Shown here: piece after piece, positions 1-9,493 of the stretch
How positions within the stretch are numbered: position 1 is the first letter of the stretch
How the letters are laid out: every line of letters begins with the position of its first letter
The notes under the pieces: model-generated
The model's database searches: none
Told to the model about the DNA's origin: nothing
What the model saw: the letters and a program-made list of their open reading frames with translations, nothing else
Made by a program: the position numbers and the translations under genes
Assembly: GCA_963811315.1 (NCBI GenBank)
Contig: CAWERH010000039.1
Span: 4,501-68,500, forward strand
Reading direction: 5' to 3'
DNA from: an uncultured delta proteobacterium
Lineage (GTDB): Bacteria > Desulfobacterota > Binatia > UBA9968
Length of the DNA stretch: 64,000 nt

Positions 1-363
1 TGTTCGCTGATTTTCGCCGCCGACGGTCGCGCGGCGCGATTGGCGACGTTGCAACCGGACCAGCATAGAATCGGCTCGACTTTTTCTTCGTCGCACCAAC
101 GCTGCAGCGCTTCGCGCACTTTCTGCACCGACTCGGCGCGCTGCTTGCCGGCGATGGATTTGTAGAGAATGCCGCGCATGCCGTTCTTCGACGCGAGCTT
201 GGCCACTGAAAGCGCGTCCTGGTGCGCCGCGTCGGCGTGACAATGGATGTCGATGGCGCCTTGGACGCCGCTGATTGCCGGCGGGTATTGAACGCCGCCT
301 TGATAGGCGCGGCGGATTTCGTAGGATTTGATGTATCGCGATTGTGTTGTTGCGTTTTCGCTC
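1..363 (-). CDS. amidohydrolase-related TIM-barrel metal-dependent hydrolase, N-terminal part only (gene runs off the window start)
   Basis: Minus-strand ORF from ATG 361-363: MSENATTQSRYIKSYEIRRAYQGG..AIDIHCHADAAHQD... The HxH metal motif and overall sequence are paralogous to the gene at 39600-40611 and to 60132-60963. Confidence 0.55.
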
Positions 364-480
364 ATTTCGTTCTCGCTTTCTCATGCGTCGAGGGTGTTTT
401 GAAGATTGCCGCCATAATGTTCCCTTCCAAGTGTATCCAATTTGCTATTGGAATGCTCGCTCGGAGAGCGCAGCGTACGA

Positions 481-1525
481 TCACTGCTCCATCAAGATCT
501 TAACCCGCTCGACTACTTCGGGCGGCTGCACCATGACTTGTTTGGCCAATGCTTCCAGTTCTTCGCCGCTGGTCGGGGTAATATCGAAATTCTTTCTCTT
601 GGCTTCGGCCAAAAGCTCGGGGTCCTTCATGACTTTCAAAAACGCCTCGCGAAGAATTCTCACTCGATCGGGGGCCACTCCCGGCGGCGCGACGATCGGA
701 CGGCCGAAATCGTTGGCGGCCAAGACCAGCGGGACCAAACGGCGCTCGGCCTCCGGAGTTTTGTGCTCATTCATGAGCTCTTGAAGCGTGGGTACGGTGG
801 ACAAGGCGGGGATCTCGCGTCGCGCCGGTCTGCATCAGAATGCGCGCGAAGTTGGTTTTGCGCCATGTGTGGTACGGTTCGCGCGAATGATACGCTTGAA
901 CGGTGAAGGCGCGGCAGTGCAGCTCGCCGCGCTCCACGGCGAGATCGATCTCACCGCCGCCCTGGTAACCGGTGACGACAGTAAACTTGGTGCCGAGAGT
1001 TTCTTCCAACATCCGCGGCATGTAGCTGCCCGAAGTGCCCGCTCCGGTGGAGCCGCATTTAGGCGGTTCTTTGGCCTTACGAACGTCGGCTAGAGTTTTA
1101 TAGGGCGTGTCGGCGCGCATGTAGAGCAAGTAGTCGGACTTATCGGAGCTGCCGATCCACGCGAACTTCGCCCAATCGTATTTCACTTCCTTCTGTTTCA
1201 ACAGTTGATTGAAGTAAATCGACGGCTGAATCGCGCCGATGGTCAGCCCATCGGGCTTGGAAACGTTGTAGATGTAATTCGTACCGATGATCGATCCCGC
1301 GCCGGTCATATTCTGGACGATGAAACTCGGATGTCCCGGAATATGCTTGCCCATGAACTGCGCCATCAGTCGGGCGTATAGATCGTAGGCGCTGCCCGCG
1401 CTTGCCGCGGCGATGAGCGTGATCGTCTTTCCCTGGTAGTAGGGAGTTTGCGACCAAGCCTCGGCATGGCAAAAAATCAAAATCGTCAGCAGCAGAAATT
1501 TCTTCATGGAGCCCTCATAATCCAA
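481..1525 (-). CDS. tripartite tricarboxylate transporter substrate-binding protein (Bug/TctC family); apparent 1-nt frameshift near 795-810
   Basis: ORFs 767-1525 and 481-804 together give a TctC-like protein with signal peptide MKKFLLLTILIFCHAEA, GTNYIYN, TGAGTSGSY and a C-terminus DVPTLQELMNEH...KILMEQ. The frame breaks between RDPRL and STVPTLQEL. Confidence 0.7.
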
Positions 1526-1532
1526 TCAATCA

Positions 1533-2646
1533 CTATAAACCGTAAAAGCGCGCGGGATTTTCGGTAAAGATTTTTTCGACCAACGATCGCGAGAGGTCTT
1601 CGCGCGATCTCATGGTGTCGACCAGCGCTTTTTCTTCCGCCGGATCGTTGTGGCCGTAGTCGGAGCCGATCAGCAAATGATCTTCGCCGACGAATTCGGC
1701 AAGGTATTTGATGTCTTCGTCGGCTTCGCAGGCGACATAGATCCGGTAATCACGGAACAAGTCCCGGCACGAGGCGTGTTTCCAGCGCGCGTTGGGAAAG
1801 GACGGGCGCGGGCGAGCCGAACGTTTCAGGTGGTGGTAAAGATAGGGTACCCAACTTGCCGAGGCTTCGAGAAAGCCGAATTTCAAACTCGGAAACTTTT
1901 CGGGAATCGCGCCGGCGATCAGGTCGCGAAAACCGATGACCGGCGGCAGTTGCGACGCCGCGAAGGTTCCATTGAGTTCAAGATCGAAGAAATCGAGCAG
2001 GTGACGCGAGCTTTGCCCGGTGTGCACGCAGATCGGTAGGCCGAGCTTTTCCGCTTCAGCGTAGATCGGTAAGAAGTGGGGATTGTTCAGGGTCAGCGTT
2101 GCCGACGATACCGCTGAAGAAGATTCCAACGGCGCCATTCTGTTTGGCTGCATGCATTTGCTTGATGGATTCGTCCACGGAATTGAGCGGCAGCACCGCG
2201 ACCCAACGGAGCCGGCCCTTCGCCCGCGCGCAGGCGTCACCCAGATAACGGTTGTAAGCGCCGCACAGCGCGACCTGCAAATCGACATCGTCGGTGACAT
2301 CAATCAAAAACAGCGTCGGGTAAATAATCTGAGTTTGGACTCCGGCCTTGTCCATGTCGGCAAGCCGGGCGTCAACGTCTGTGAGCTCGCGGCAAGCGCG
2401 CTGGATATCGGTTCGATTGGATTCGCGTTGGGAAGCGGCAGGGGTGATGATCCGAAAGCCGCCTTTGCCTGCGGCTTTGGGAAAAATCCTGCCGTCGATC
2501 AGCCACATGACGTTGAAGTCGCGATACAGCGTGTCGCCGGGAGCCGAAAGCATGACGGGGCGGCGAGCGTACATGCTCTCGTCGATGAGTTGCCACATAC
2601 TCTCCGATTCGGCGATATGAGTGTCGGCATCGATGATTCCAGTCAT
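1533..2646 (-). CDS. amidohydrolase-2 family (ACMSD/LigW-like) metal-dependent hydrolase/decarboxylase; frameshift near 2100
   Basis: N-terminus MTGIIDADTHIAESE... (ORF 2056-2889) and C-terminus ...PICVHTG...IGSDYGHND...FYGL (ORF 1533-2303). Paralog of 17018-18114. SD AAGGA lies 8 nt upstream of the ATG at 2644-2646. Confidence 0.75.
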
Positions 2647-2810
2647 TGCGGCGTCCTTTCGCTGTGCCGAGGACTGTAACGATTCTCCATTAATAACGTC
2701 AAGCGCATGGTCTGAGTTTTCTATCTGAATCTCTGGAAGTGTTTCAGTTAGAGAAAGATCTCTCACGGAGTCTACCCTGAGTCTGCCCGAAGGGTTCGAG
2801 ATGACAGATA

Positions 2811-2858
2811 AGTTGCCTGCTGTCATTCCGAGCGGAAGCGAGGAATCTTTCCCTGTCG
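2811..2858. repeat. partial MITE/REP-like element (single arm GTCATTCCGAGCGGAAGCGAGGAATC preceded by a short ATGACAG..CTGTCAT hairpin)
   Basis: Shares the GTCATTC[CT]GAGCG-AAGCG-GAATC arm with the full hairpin copies at 7135, 14928, 36470, 49717 and 52488. Confidence 0.4.
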
Positions 2859-2967
2859 TCGTTTGGTGACGAAAATCTAACTGAACCACTACCGAATCTC
2901 TATATCTAATTGCAGTTTGGCGCGGCGTTTCTTATGATCGCCGAAATTGTTTTCTGCGAGGTAGCCA

Positions 2968-3960
2968 ATGACGCTTCGGAGTCGTAAATCCAAGTTTCTT
3001 GTCTGCTTTATTTTGGCTGTTGTTATTCTCACCGGCACCCATACGGCTGCCCTCGCCCAGGACAAAATTCGCGCCGCCTATAGTTCGATCAGCGGGATTT
3101 TTACTCCGGTGTGGATCGCCAGCGATCTGCGGCTCTATCAAAAGTATCAGACCGACGCCGATCTCGTGTACATCGGCGGTTCGGCGGTGGCGGTGAGTGC
3201 GTTGATCGCCGGTGAAATCGATTTTATCTACGGCGGAGCCGATCCGATTATTGCCGGTATTTTGGGTGGCGCGGATCTCACGCTGGCGGGATTCATCTCC
3301 AATAAGACACCGATCAGTCTCTATGTTGGCCCTGGGCTTACCAAAGTCGAAGATCTGAAAGGCAAAACCGTGGCGGTGACCCGGTTGGCTTCGAGCACTG
3401 CCTATATGGCGAAGGTTTGCTTTGGCCAGTATCGCTTGGAGCCGGTGAAGGATATCCCGTTGATTCAATCGGGCGGCTACCCGGAATCGCTGGCGATGCT
3501 GCAAGCCGGACGCGTACAGGGCGCGATGCTATCGCCGCCGTTTACCTATAAAGCCGAGGCTCTTGGCTTCAAACGCATCTGGAACGGCTCCGGCGTGGAG
3601 TATCCGTCTTTCGTCCTGGCGACCCGCAAAACATTCATCCGTGACTCCGCCGATCGAGCACAAAGGGCTTTTAACGCGGTCGCCGAAGGCGTGCACATCT
3701 TCAGAACCGACAAGGAGCGGGCCATTCGCGTCATGGCGAAATACACCAAGGTCAACGACCGAACGATTCTTGAAAATACCTACTTGGATAACAAGGACGT
3801 CTACAGCCCCAACATGCGCCCGACCGCGAGCGGCGTAAAACCGATTCTGGATATTCTGGCAGCGTCCAATCCGAAGGCCGCAGCGGCGAAGCCGGAACAA
3901 TTTTTCGACGTGACCCTGTCACGGCGTTTGGAAGAGAGCGGCGTGATGAAAAAGTTCTAA
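2968..3960 (+). CDS. NMT1/THI5-like (SsuA/TauA-type) periplasmic substrate-binding protein
   Basis: 330 aa with signal peptide and DKIRAAYSSISG...DLKGKTVAV motifs. Member of a large paralog family in this window. Confidence 0.85.
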   Translation: MTLRSRKSKFLVCFILAVVILTGTHTAALAQDKIRAAYSSISGIFTPVWIASDLRLYQKYQTDADLVYIGGSAVAVSALIAGEIDFIYGGADPIIAGILGGADLTLAGFISNKTPISLYVGPGLTKVEDLKGKTVAVTRLASSTAYMAKVCFGQYRLEPVKDIPLIQSGGYPESLAMLQAGRVQGAMLSPPFTYKAEALGFKRIWNGSGVEYPSFVLATRKTFIRDSADRAQRAFNAVAEGVHIFRTDKERAIRVMAKYTKVNDRTILENTYLDNKDVYSPNMRPTASGVKPILDILAASNPKAAAAKPEQFFDVTLSRRLEESGVMKKF

Positions 3961-3965
3961 GCGGT

Positions 3966-5006
3966 TCACGTCATATTGTAAAATCGTTTGGCATTCTCGC
4001 TGAAAACTTTTCGCTTGACCCGTTCCGATAGATCGCCCCTTTCCCAGAATTCGGGGATGTCCTTGGCGAACGCGCCGGCTTCGCGCTCGTGGGGGAAGTC
4101 GGTGGGATACATCAGGTAATCCTCGCCCATCTCGCGCACGACGACATCGAGGGTCTTTTCATCGGTTTCACAGGTAATGTAGATGTTGCCGTTCTTGAAG
4201 TAGTCGCTGGGCTTCTTGCTCAGCGGAAAATGTCTGCGTTTGCGATCGATGTGGAATTTCTCATCCATTCTATCCATCATGTACGGAATCCATCCAGCGC
4301 CGGCTTCGAGGAATCCGATTCTCAGCTTCGGATAAAGGTCGAAGACACCGTCGAGGACGACGCTGGTAAGCTGGATCATCTGCGCGATCGGATGTTCGAG
4401 CGTGTGGATCATCGACATGGTCTGGAGAAAATCGAAACCCAAACCGCGGCTCACCGCCCCGTGCACGGTCAACGGTACGTTCAGATCCTGCGCTTCTTTA
4501 TAAATCGGATGGAAATCCTGATGGCCATAGCCTTTATTCAGCATGGTCACCGCGGGCAAGAGGCCCGCAACCATGCGCTGTTCTTTGACCGCGCGGCGCA
4601 GTTCGGCGGCGGCTTCCGGCGGATTGTGCACCGGCAGCAACGCCACGCCTTTCAATCGGGCGTCGACTTTGCAGTAACGATCGAAGAGCCAGTTGTTATA
4701 CATGCGCGCCACGACGCAGGCCCAATCGGGATCTTGGATCAAGCCCAGGGACAGCCCGGCGGTCGGATAGAGCACCGCGGCGGAGATCTTCGAGCCCTCG
4801 ATGAACTGGATCCAACTATCGGAGGTAACCTTGGTGACCTTGTCGATGCCGCGCACAAAGCCGCGCGGCCAGCCGTCGAGCGAGGGAAAAATTGAAAAAG
4901 TCCCGGTGCGCCGATGGCCTTTATAATCTCCATCAAAGTATTGCTCTAGCTCCGCGTCGGTTTCCAATACGTGGCCGTCCGCATCGATTACAGTGACTCC
5001 ATCCAT
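3966..5006 (-). CDS. amidohydrolase-2 family protein
   Basis: 346 aa, MDGVTVIDADGHVLE... with HxH start and a C-terminal DFPHE acid/His region. Intact ORF. Confidence 0.85.
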   Translation of the reverse strand: MDGVTVIDADGHVLETDAELEQYFDGDYKGHRRTGTFSIFPSLDGWPRGFVRGIDKVTKVTSDSWIQFIEGSKISAAVLYPTAGLSLGLIQDPDWACVVARMYNNWLFDRYCKVDARLKGVALLPVHNPPEAAAELRRAVKEQRMVAGLLPAVTMLNKGYGHQDFHPIYKEAQDLNVPLTVHGAVSRGLGFDFLQTMSMIHTLEHPIAQMIQLTSVVLDGVFDLYPKLRIGFLEAGAGWIPYMMDRMDEKFHIDRKRRHFPLSKKPSDYFKNGNIYITCETDEKTLDVVVREMGEDYLMYPTDFPHEREAGAFAKDIPEFWERGDLSERVKRKVFSENAKRFYNMT

Positions 5007-5205
5007 CTTATGAATCCTCCATCAGCGCGCTTTGGAAAAGCTTTTTCGTTTTGGCTTAGCACCAGCGCGAGAAGGGTGTCAATTCGCCGGATGGTGTTTC
5101 CGATGGGTAGTGACTTATGCGACGTGTGGCATGATCGAAAGTCCGGTTTTGACCGCGCCGCGGCTTTGTATTAAGTATCAGGAAGCCAGGAGGGAACGAG
5201 AGAAG

Positions 5206-5322
5206 ATGGATGCTGCGAATCTGCAAGACAAGATCGAAGCGACCGTTAAGTCTGGCAAAGACAAAATGTATTTCGATTTGTTCTTACTTGGCGCGGGTCT
5301 TTCAAAAACGCGTGAGGCATAA
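5206..5322 (+). CDS. small hypothetical protein (38 aa), possible leader or small ORF
   Basis: ATG at 5206 follows SD AGGAGGG (5188-5194). It encodes MDAANLQDKIEATVKSGKDKMYFDLFLLGAGLSKTREA and lies upstream of amidohydrolase 5364. No homology recognised. Confidence 0.25.
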   Translation: MDAANLQDKIEATVKSGKDKMYFDLFLLGAGLSKTREA

Positions 5323-5363
5323 TAAGAATTTAAATATCTTCATACAGTAAGGAGATCACGAGC

Positions 5364-6452
5364 GTGGGAATTATCGACGCAGACACTCATATCGACGAAA
5401 CGGACGCGACTTGGGAATACATTCAGGAAGACGACTTGCCCTACAAGCCGTCGACGGCTTATCCATCGAATCCGGACCCAAAACTGCCGCCGGCGCGTTA
5501 TTGGGTGATCGACGGCAAGCGTCAGGTGCGCTTCATTCGCAGCGATAAAGATTCGGGCACGACCGTGGCGACCCGCGAGCTGCTGGATGTCAAAGCACGC
5601 CTGAAGCATATGGATGAGTTGGGCACGGACATACAGGTGATTTATCCGACGTTGTTTCTCATGGAAGCGACGGAAAAGCCGGAAATCAATACCGCGATGC
5701 GACGCAGCTATAATCGTTGGTTGGGCGAGCGCTGCGGCGAATCGGGCGGCAGATTGCGTTGGGTGTGCATGCCGCCGCTGCAGAATATGGACGCGACTGT
5801 CGAAGAACTGACCTGGGCTAAAGAGCATGGCGCCTGCGGTGTTTTGAAAAAAGGTGACCGGGAAGTGGGTAAATATCCGGCCGATCCATACTTTGAACGG
5901 CTGTATGCCGAAGCCGAGAAACTCGATATGCCGATCTGTCTGCACACCGGATCCGGGATTCCGGATTTTTCGCCGGCGCGAGAATTCTCCCACGGTCAGT
6001 TCATGCGCACGAAGGCGGCAGTGATCAATGGAGTGCTCGGCCTGGTGCTGCACAAGATCCCCTTAAAGTTCCCCAAGCTGCGCATTGGCTGCATCGAAGC
6101 CGGTTCGATGTGGGCGCCGTTCGTGGCTTACGATTTAAAGCGCCAGGCTTTAAAACAGCAGGGACGTGAGTCGGTAGGGGTTCTCGGTGTGCCGCTGATC
6201 GACATTCCGGCGAACGTCTTCAAAGACAACCGAATCTATGTGACGTGTCAAGTGGACGAAGATTTGCCCTACATCCTCAAAACCATCGGTGAAGATAATT
6301 TGATGGTCGGATCGGATTACACCCACCGCGACCCGTCAATGGAACTGGAGTTCCGCAAGGAATTGGAAGGACGCGCCGACAAAGGCGACATCCCGCAGGC
6401 GTCGGTGCAGAAGATTCTTTACGACAACCCGAAGGCGTTCTATGCGCTATAA
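5364..6452 (+). CDS. amidohydrolase-2 family protein
   Basis: 362 aa, GTG start after SD AAGGAG: VGIIDADTHIDETD...YPTLFL...MVGSDYTHRDP. Intact. Confidence 0.85.
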   Translation: MGIIDADTHIDETDATWEYIQEDDLPYKPSTAYPSNPDPKLPPARYWVIDGKRQVRFIRSDKDSGTTVATRELLDVKARLKHMDELGTDIQVIYPTLFLMEATEKPEINTAMRRSYNRWLGERCGESGGRLRWVCMPPLQNMDATVEELTWAKEHGACGVLKKGDREVGKYPADPYFERLYAEAEKLDMPICLHTGSGIPDFSPAREFSHGQFMRTKAAVINGVLGLVLHKIPLKFPKLRIGCIEAGSMWAPFVAYDLKRQALKQQGRESVGVLGVPLIDIPANVFKDNRIYVTCQVDEDLPYILKTIGEDNLMVGSDYTHRDPSMELEFRKELEGRADKGDIPQASVQKILYDNPKAFYAL

Positions 6453-6522
6453 TCATCTTGTCGCCCGATTGCGGCGAGCTTAACGCCGTGAGCGGTCGTT
6501 AAACTGAAGAAGAGGAGTTTAG

Positions 6523-7074
6523 ATGATCATTCTCAGTCCGGAAGGAAAAGCGCAGACCTCAGGGGCAAAAATCGCGAGCTTGCCGCAGTTCACCGAACTG
6601 CGCGGCAAAGTGGTCGGTTGGCTCGACAACAGCAAGCCCAACGCCGACAAGCTGGCGGAACGGTTTGGCGAGCTTTTAAAAGAAAAATACGGCGTGGCCA
6701 ACATGATTACCAGGCGCAAACTGACCGCGCAGCAAGGCGCGCCGAAACAATATCTCGACGAGCTCGCATCGCAGGCCGACTTTGTCATCTGCGGCCTGGG
6801 TGATTGAGGCTCGTGCACGTCGTGGAGTGTCCACGACTCCCTCGAAATTCAAAAGCGCGGCCGTTTTGCGATCACGCTGATCACCCACGCTTTCGTGGCG
6901 CTGGCAAAATCCGAGAAGGAAGCTTTTGGCGCGCCCGATCACCCGGTGTTGGTCGTGCAGCATCCTATCGGCACGGTCAAAATCGAAGAAGTTAACAAGA
7001 AGGCCGAGGCGGCCTTCGATCAAGCTGGTAAAAATCCTGCTCGACGCCGGAAACGGCGCGGTCAAAGTCGCTAG
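6523..7074 (+). CDS. UGSC-motif selenoprotein (UGSC-family (seleno)protein), copy 1; in-frame UGA at 6805-6807 read as selenocysteine
   Basis: The ORF tool stops at TGA 6805-6807 (..FVICGLGD*). The same frame continues GSCTSWSVHDSLEIQKRGRF... to TAG 7072-7074. The downstream peptide is conserved with paralog 18780-19343. A SECIS-like hairpin sits 11 nt after the UGA. SD AGAGGAG lies 6 nt before the ATG. Confidence 0.7.
6819..6837 (+). other. candidate bacterial SECIS stem-loop GUCGUGG-AGUGU-CCACGAC
   Basis: A perfect 7-bp stem with a 5-nt G-containing loop starts 11 nt 3' of the UGA. The 27 nt tcgtgcacgtcgtggagtgtccacgac are identical to paralog 19071-19097, while flanking synonymous sites have diverged. 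Confidence 0.6.
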
Positions 7075-7134
7075 CCTGGAGGTTGGAGTTTCGGTCTCGA
7101 GTCCGCAGGATCGTCAAGCCGGCCCTTCGAAAGC

Positions 7135-7220
7135 TGTCATGATGAGCGCGAGCGAAGCATCCAGGTTCGCAGTGCCGTTCAGTTAAGAGAAGCCTGGATT
7201 CCTCGTGCTCATGGCAATGA
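7135..7220. repeat. MITE/REP-like imperfect hairpin element (termini GTCAT...ATGAC)
   Basis: tgtcatgatgagcgcgagcgaagcatccagg ... cctggattcctcgtgctcatggcaatgac form an ~85-nt inverted repeat. It is intergenic, between the selenoprotein gene and its partner gene. Confidence 0.55.
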
Positions 7221-7303
7221 CGGAAGGGCGACTTACAGTTGGCACAGTCAGGTTATTCTGGACGAAAGGTGACGGCGGGATTTGAGGGAACGTTTACGCA
7301 AAA

Positions 7304-8357
7304 ATGGCAGAACAACCACTTCAAGCGGAACGATTCGAAATTCCCGACGACCTTTGGGCGGCGCAGGCTTTTTTTGAAGAAAAGGGATGGTCCGATGGTT
7401 TGCCGATCATTCCGCCGACGGAAGAGCGGGTGGCGCAGATGCTCGGCGGCGACGACCCGAAAACCGGACGAGTTGATCGGCGCGGTGCCGCCGCGCTGGG
7501 CGCAGGCGAGCGTCGAGAAGATCGCGATCAATGGCGTCATGGCCGGATGCAAACCGGAGTACATGGCAACCCTGATTGCCGCGGTCGAAGCGATCACCGA
7601 TCCCAAGCTCAATCTTTATGCGTTGCAGGCGACCACGGGCGGACCGGCGGTGATGATCATCATCAACGGCCCGATCCGCCATAAGCTCAACGTCAACGGC
7701 GGGCCCAACGCGTTGGGCGAAGGGTGGCGCGCCAACGCCACCATCGGCCGGTTCGTGCAATTGATCAAACGCAATATCGGCGGCTCCTATCCGGGCACCA
7801 CCTGCAAGGCGACGCTTGGCTGGCCGGGAAAATATTCGATCTGCGTCGGCGAAAATGAAGAGGCGAGTCCGTGGGAACCGCTGCACGTGGAGCGCGGTTT
7901 CAAAGCCGAGCAAAGCACGGTGACGGCGATCAGCGCCGATGCTTCAATACGAGCGTCGGATTTGGACAGCTCGAAAGCGGAAGGCGTGCTGATCAATTTC
8001 GCGCAGAAAATGGACGGCCCGTCCGGGCCGGAAGCGATCATGGTCATTTGCCCGGAGCATGCCAAGATCATTGCCGATGACGGCTTCAGTAAGAAAGACG
8101 TGCAGAAATTTATCTGGGAGCGCGCCGCGTACCGGATGAAGGATTTGCCGGACGAGACCTTCGCGCAACGGGTCAAACGGCGCAGCGATCTGAAGCTCAC
8201 CCGCGACAGCATCATTCCGGTGACCGATAGGCCGGAGGACATACTCGTCATCGTCGCCGGCGGTGACGGCTCGCAGTCGCAGTACATCCACGTCTGGGGT
8301 CAGAGCACGCCGGAAGGCGGGTCGACGCGCAGCGTCACGAAACTCATACGGGATTAA
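7304..8357 (+). CDS. conserved hypothetical protein genetically linked to the UGSC selenoprotein (partner, copy 1); frameshift at the A4 run 7460-7463
   Basis: MAEQPLQAERFEIPDDLW..GLPIIPPTEERV (ORF 7304) continues in ORF 7239-8357 as ..ELIGAVPPRWAQASVEKIAINGVMAGCKPEY...GWPGKYSICVGENEE... It is paralogous to 19885-20967 along its whole length. Confidence 0.7.
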
Positions 8358-8405
8358 GAGTTCCAAACGTTCAAAACGTTCCAGTCGTTCCAAGTCGTTT
8401 CGGAT
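8358..8405. repeat. stop-proximal short tandem repeat array (GTTCCAAACG / GTTCAAAACG units)
   Basis: gagttccaaacgttcaaaacgttccagtcgttccaagtcgtttcgg lies immediately after the stop at 8357. Related arrays occur at 25249, 39516, 45745 and 57760. Confidence 0.4.
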
Positions 8406-8418
8406 AACGCATTGTCCG

Positions 8419-9440
8419 ATGTCTTACCCTCGCCCGCTTGCGGGAGAGGGAAGGGTGAGGGCGTGCATCGACGCGTTATTAATTATCAGCCTGCTTTTGA
8501 GCTTTGTTGTCCTGGTAGCGAAATTTGCTTCGCCGCCGACAAGCTGCGCATCAGTTACTCGGGCACGACGACGAGCAACGCGCTTCTTTGGGTGACCAAG
8601 GAAGCGAAACTTTTTGACAAGAACGGCATCGACGCGGAAGTGCTTTATCTGGCGGCGTCGCTCGGCCAGACCGCGTTGATCGCGGGCGAGACCCAGTTCG
8701 CGGTCTACACGGGACTGCTGATGACGCCAACCCGCCTGCAAGGCGCCGACGTTACGATGATCGCCGGGTTTCTAAATTATCTGGTCTCGCGCTTGGTCGT
8801 GCGTCCGGACATCAAGACCGCCGCGGATTTAAGAGGCAAACGTTTGGCCGTGTCGCGTTTCGGCACGGCGTCGGATTTCGGTACCCGCTTGATGGTGTCC
8901 AAGCTCGGTTTGAATCCCGACACCGACGTCACGATCTTGCAGATCGGCGACACGCCCACCCGGGTCGCCGCACTGATGGCCAAGAGCGTCGACGGCGCGA
9001 TCTTCGATCCGCCCGATCACAAAAAGGCCATCGAAAACGGCGGCCGCATCATGATGAACTTGGAGGAAACCGCGATTCCGTATCAGCATGCCGGTTTGAT
9101 GACGACGCGAAAGTACATCGCCGCCCGGCCGGACATCGTTCGGCGGGTGGTCAAAGCGATTGTCGAGGGCGCCGCGGTGGTGCGCAAAGATCCGGAGACC
9201 ACCAAGCGGGCGCTGTCGATCCGCATGCGCATCAAAGATCCCAAAGACCTCGAAGAAACCTATCAGCAGCTGCGCGGCTTCACGCAAGCCAAACCCTATC
9301 CAAGCCTGGAAGGTTTCAAAGCGATCTTGAACGATTTGTCCAAGCGCGTGCCCGCGGCGAAAAATGCCGATCCGAAAGATTTTGCCGATCTCCGGTTCGT
9401 CGAAGAACTGGATAAGTCGGGTTATATCGATGGACTCTAA
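8419..9440 (+). CDS. NMT1/SsuA-like periplasmic substrate-binding protein; frameshift near 8545
   Basis: The signal-peptide frame MSYPRPLAGEGRVRACIDALLIISLLLSFVVLVAKFA shifts into AADKLRISYSGTTTSNALLWV... The gene is a tandem paralog of 9494-10471. Confidence 0.75.
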
Positions 9441-9470
9441 AGGCGTGAGGCTTGAGGCGGGAGGCTAGAG
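9441..9470. repeat. 7-mer tandem array AGGCGTG AGGCTTG AGGCGGG AGGCTAG
   Basis: It follows the TAA stop at 9438-9440 directly. Confidence 0.4.
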
Positions 9471-9493
9471 TCGTGTGGACAAAGACGTATTTT

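Noticed and set aside
6805-6807. TGA at 6805-6807, and TGA at 19065-19067, treated as genuine stops giving 94-aa and 95-aa proteins
   Set aside because: The downstream peptide is conserved between the paralogs, and an identical hairpin sits 11 nt after each UGA. I therefore interpret both as Sec codons. Both UGAs would have to be independent identical nonsense events, so a pseudogene explanation is unlikely.
9452-9493. ORF-tool start at 9452 for the SBP (MRREARVVWTKTYF...)
   Set aside because: The 5' extension translates the AGGCNNG tandem array. The ATG at 9494 gives a canonical signal peptide.
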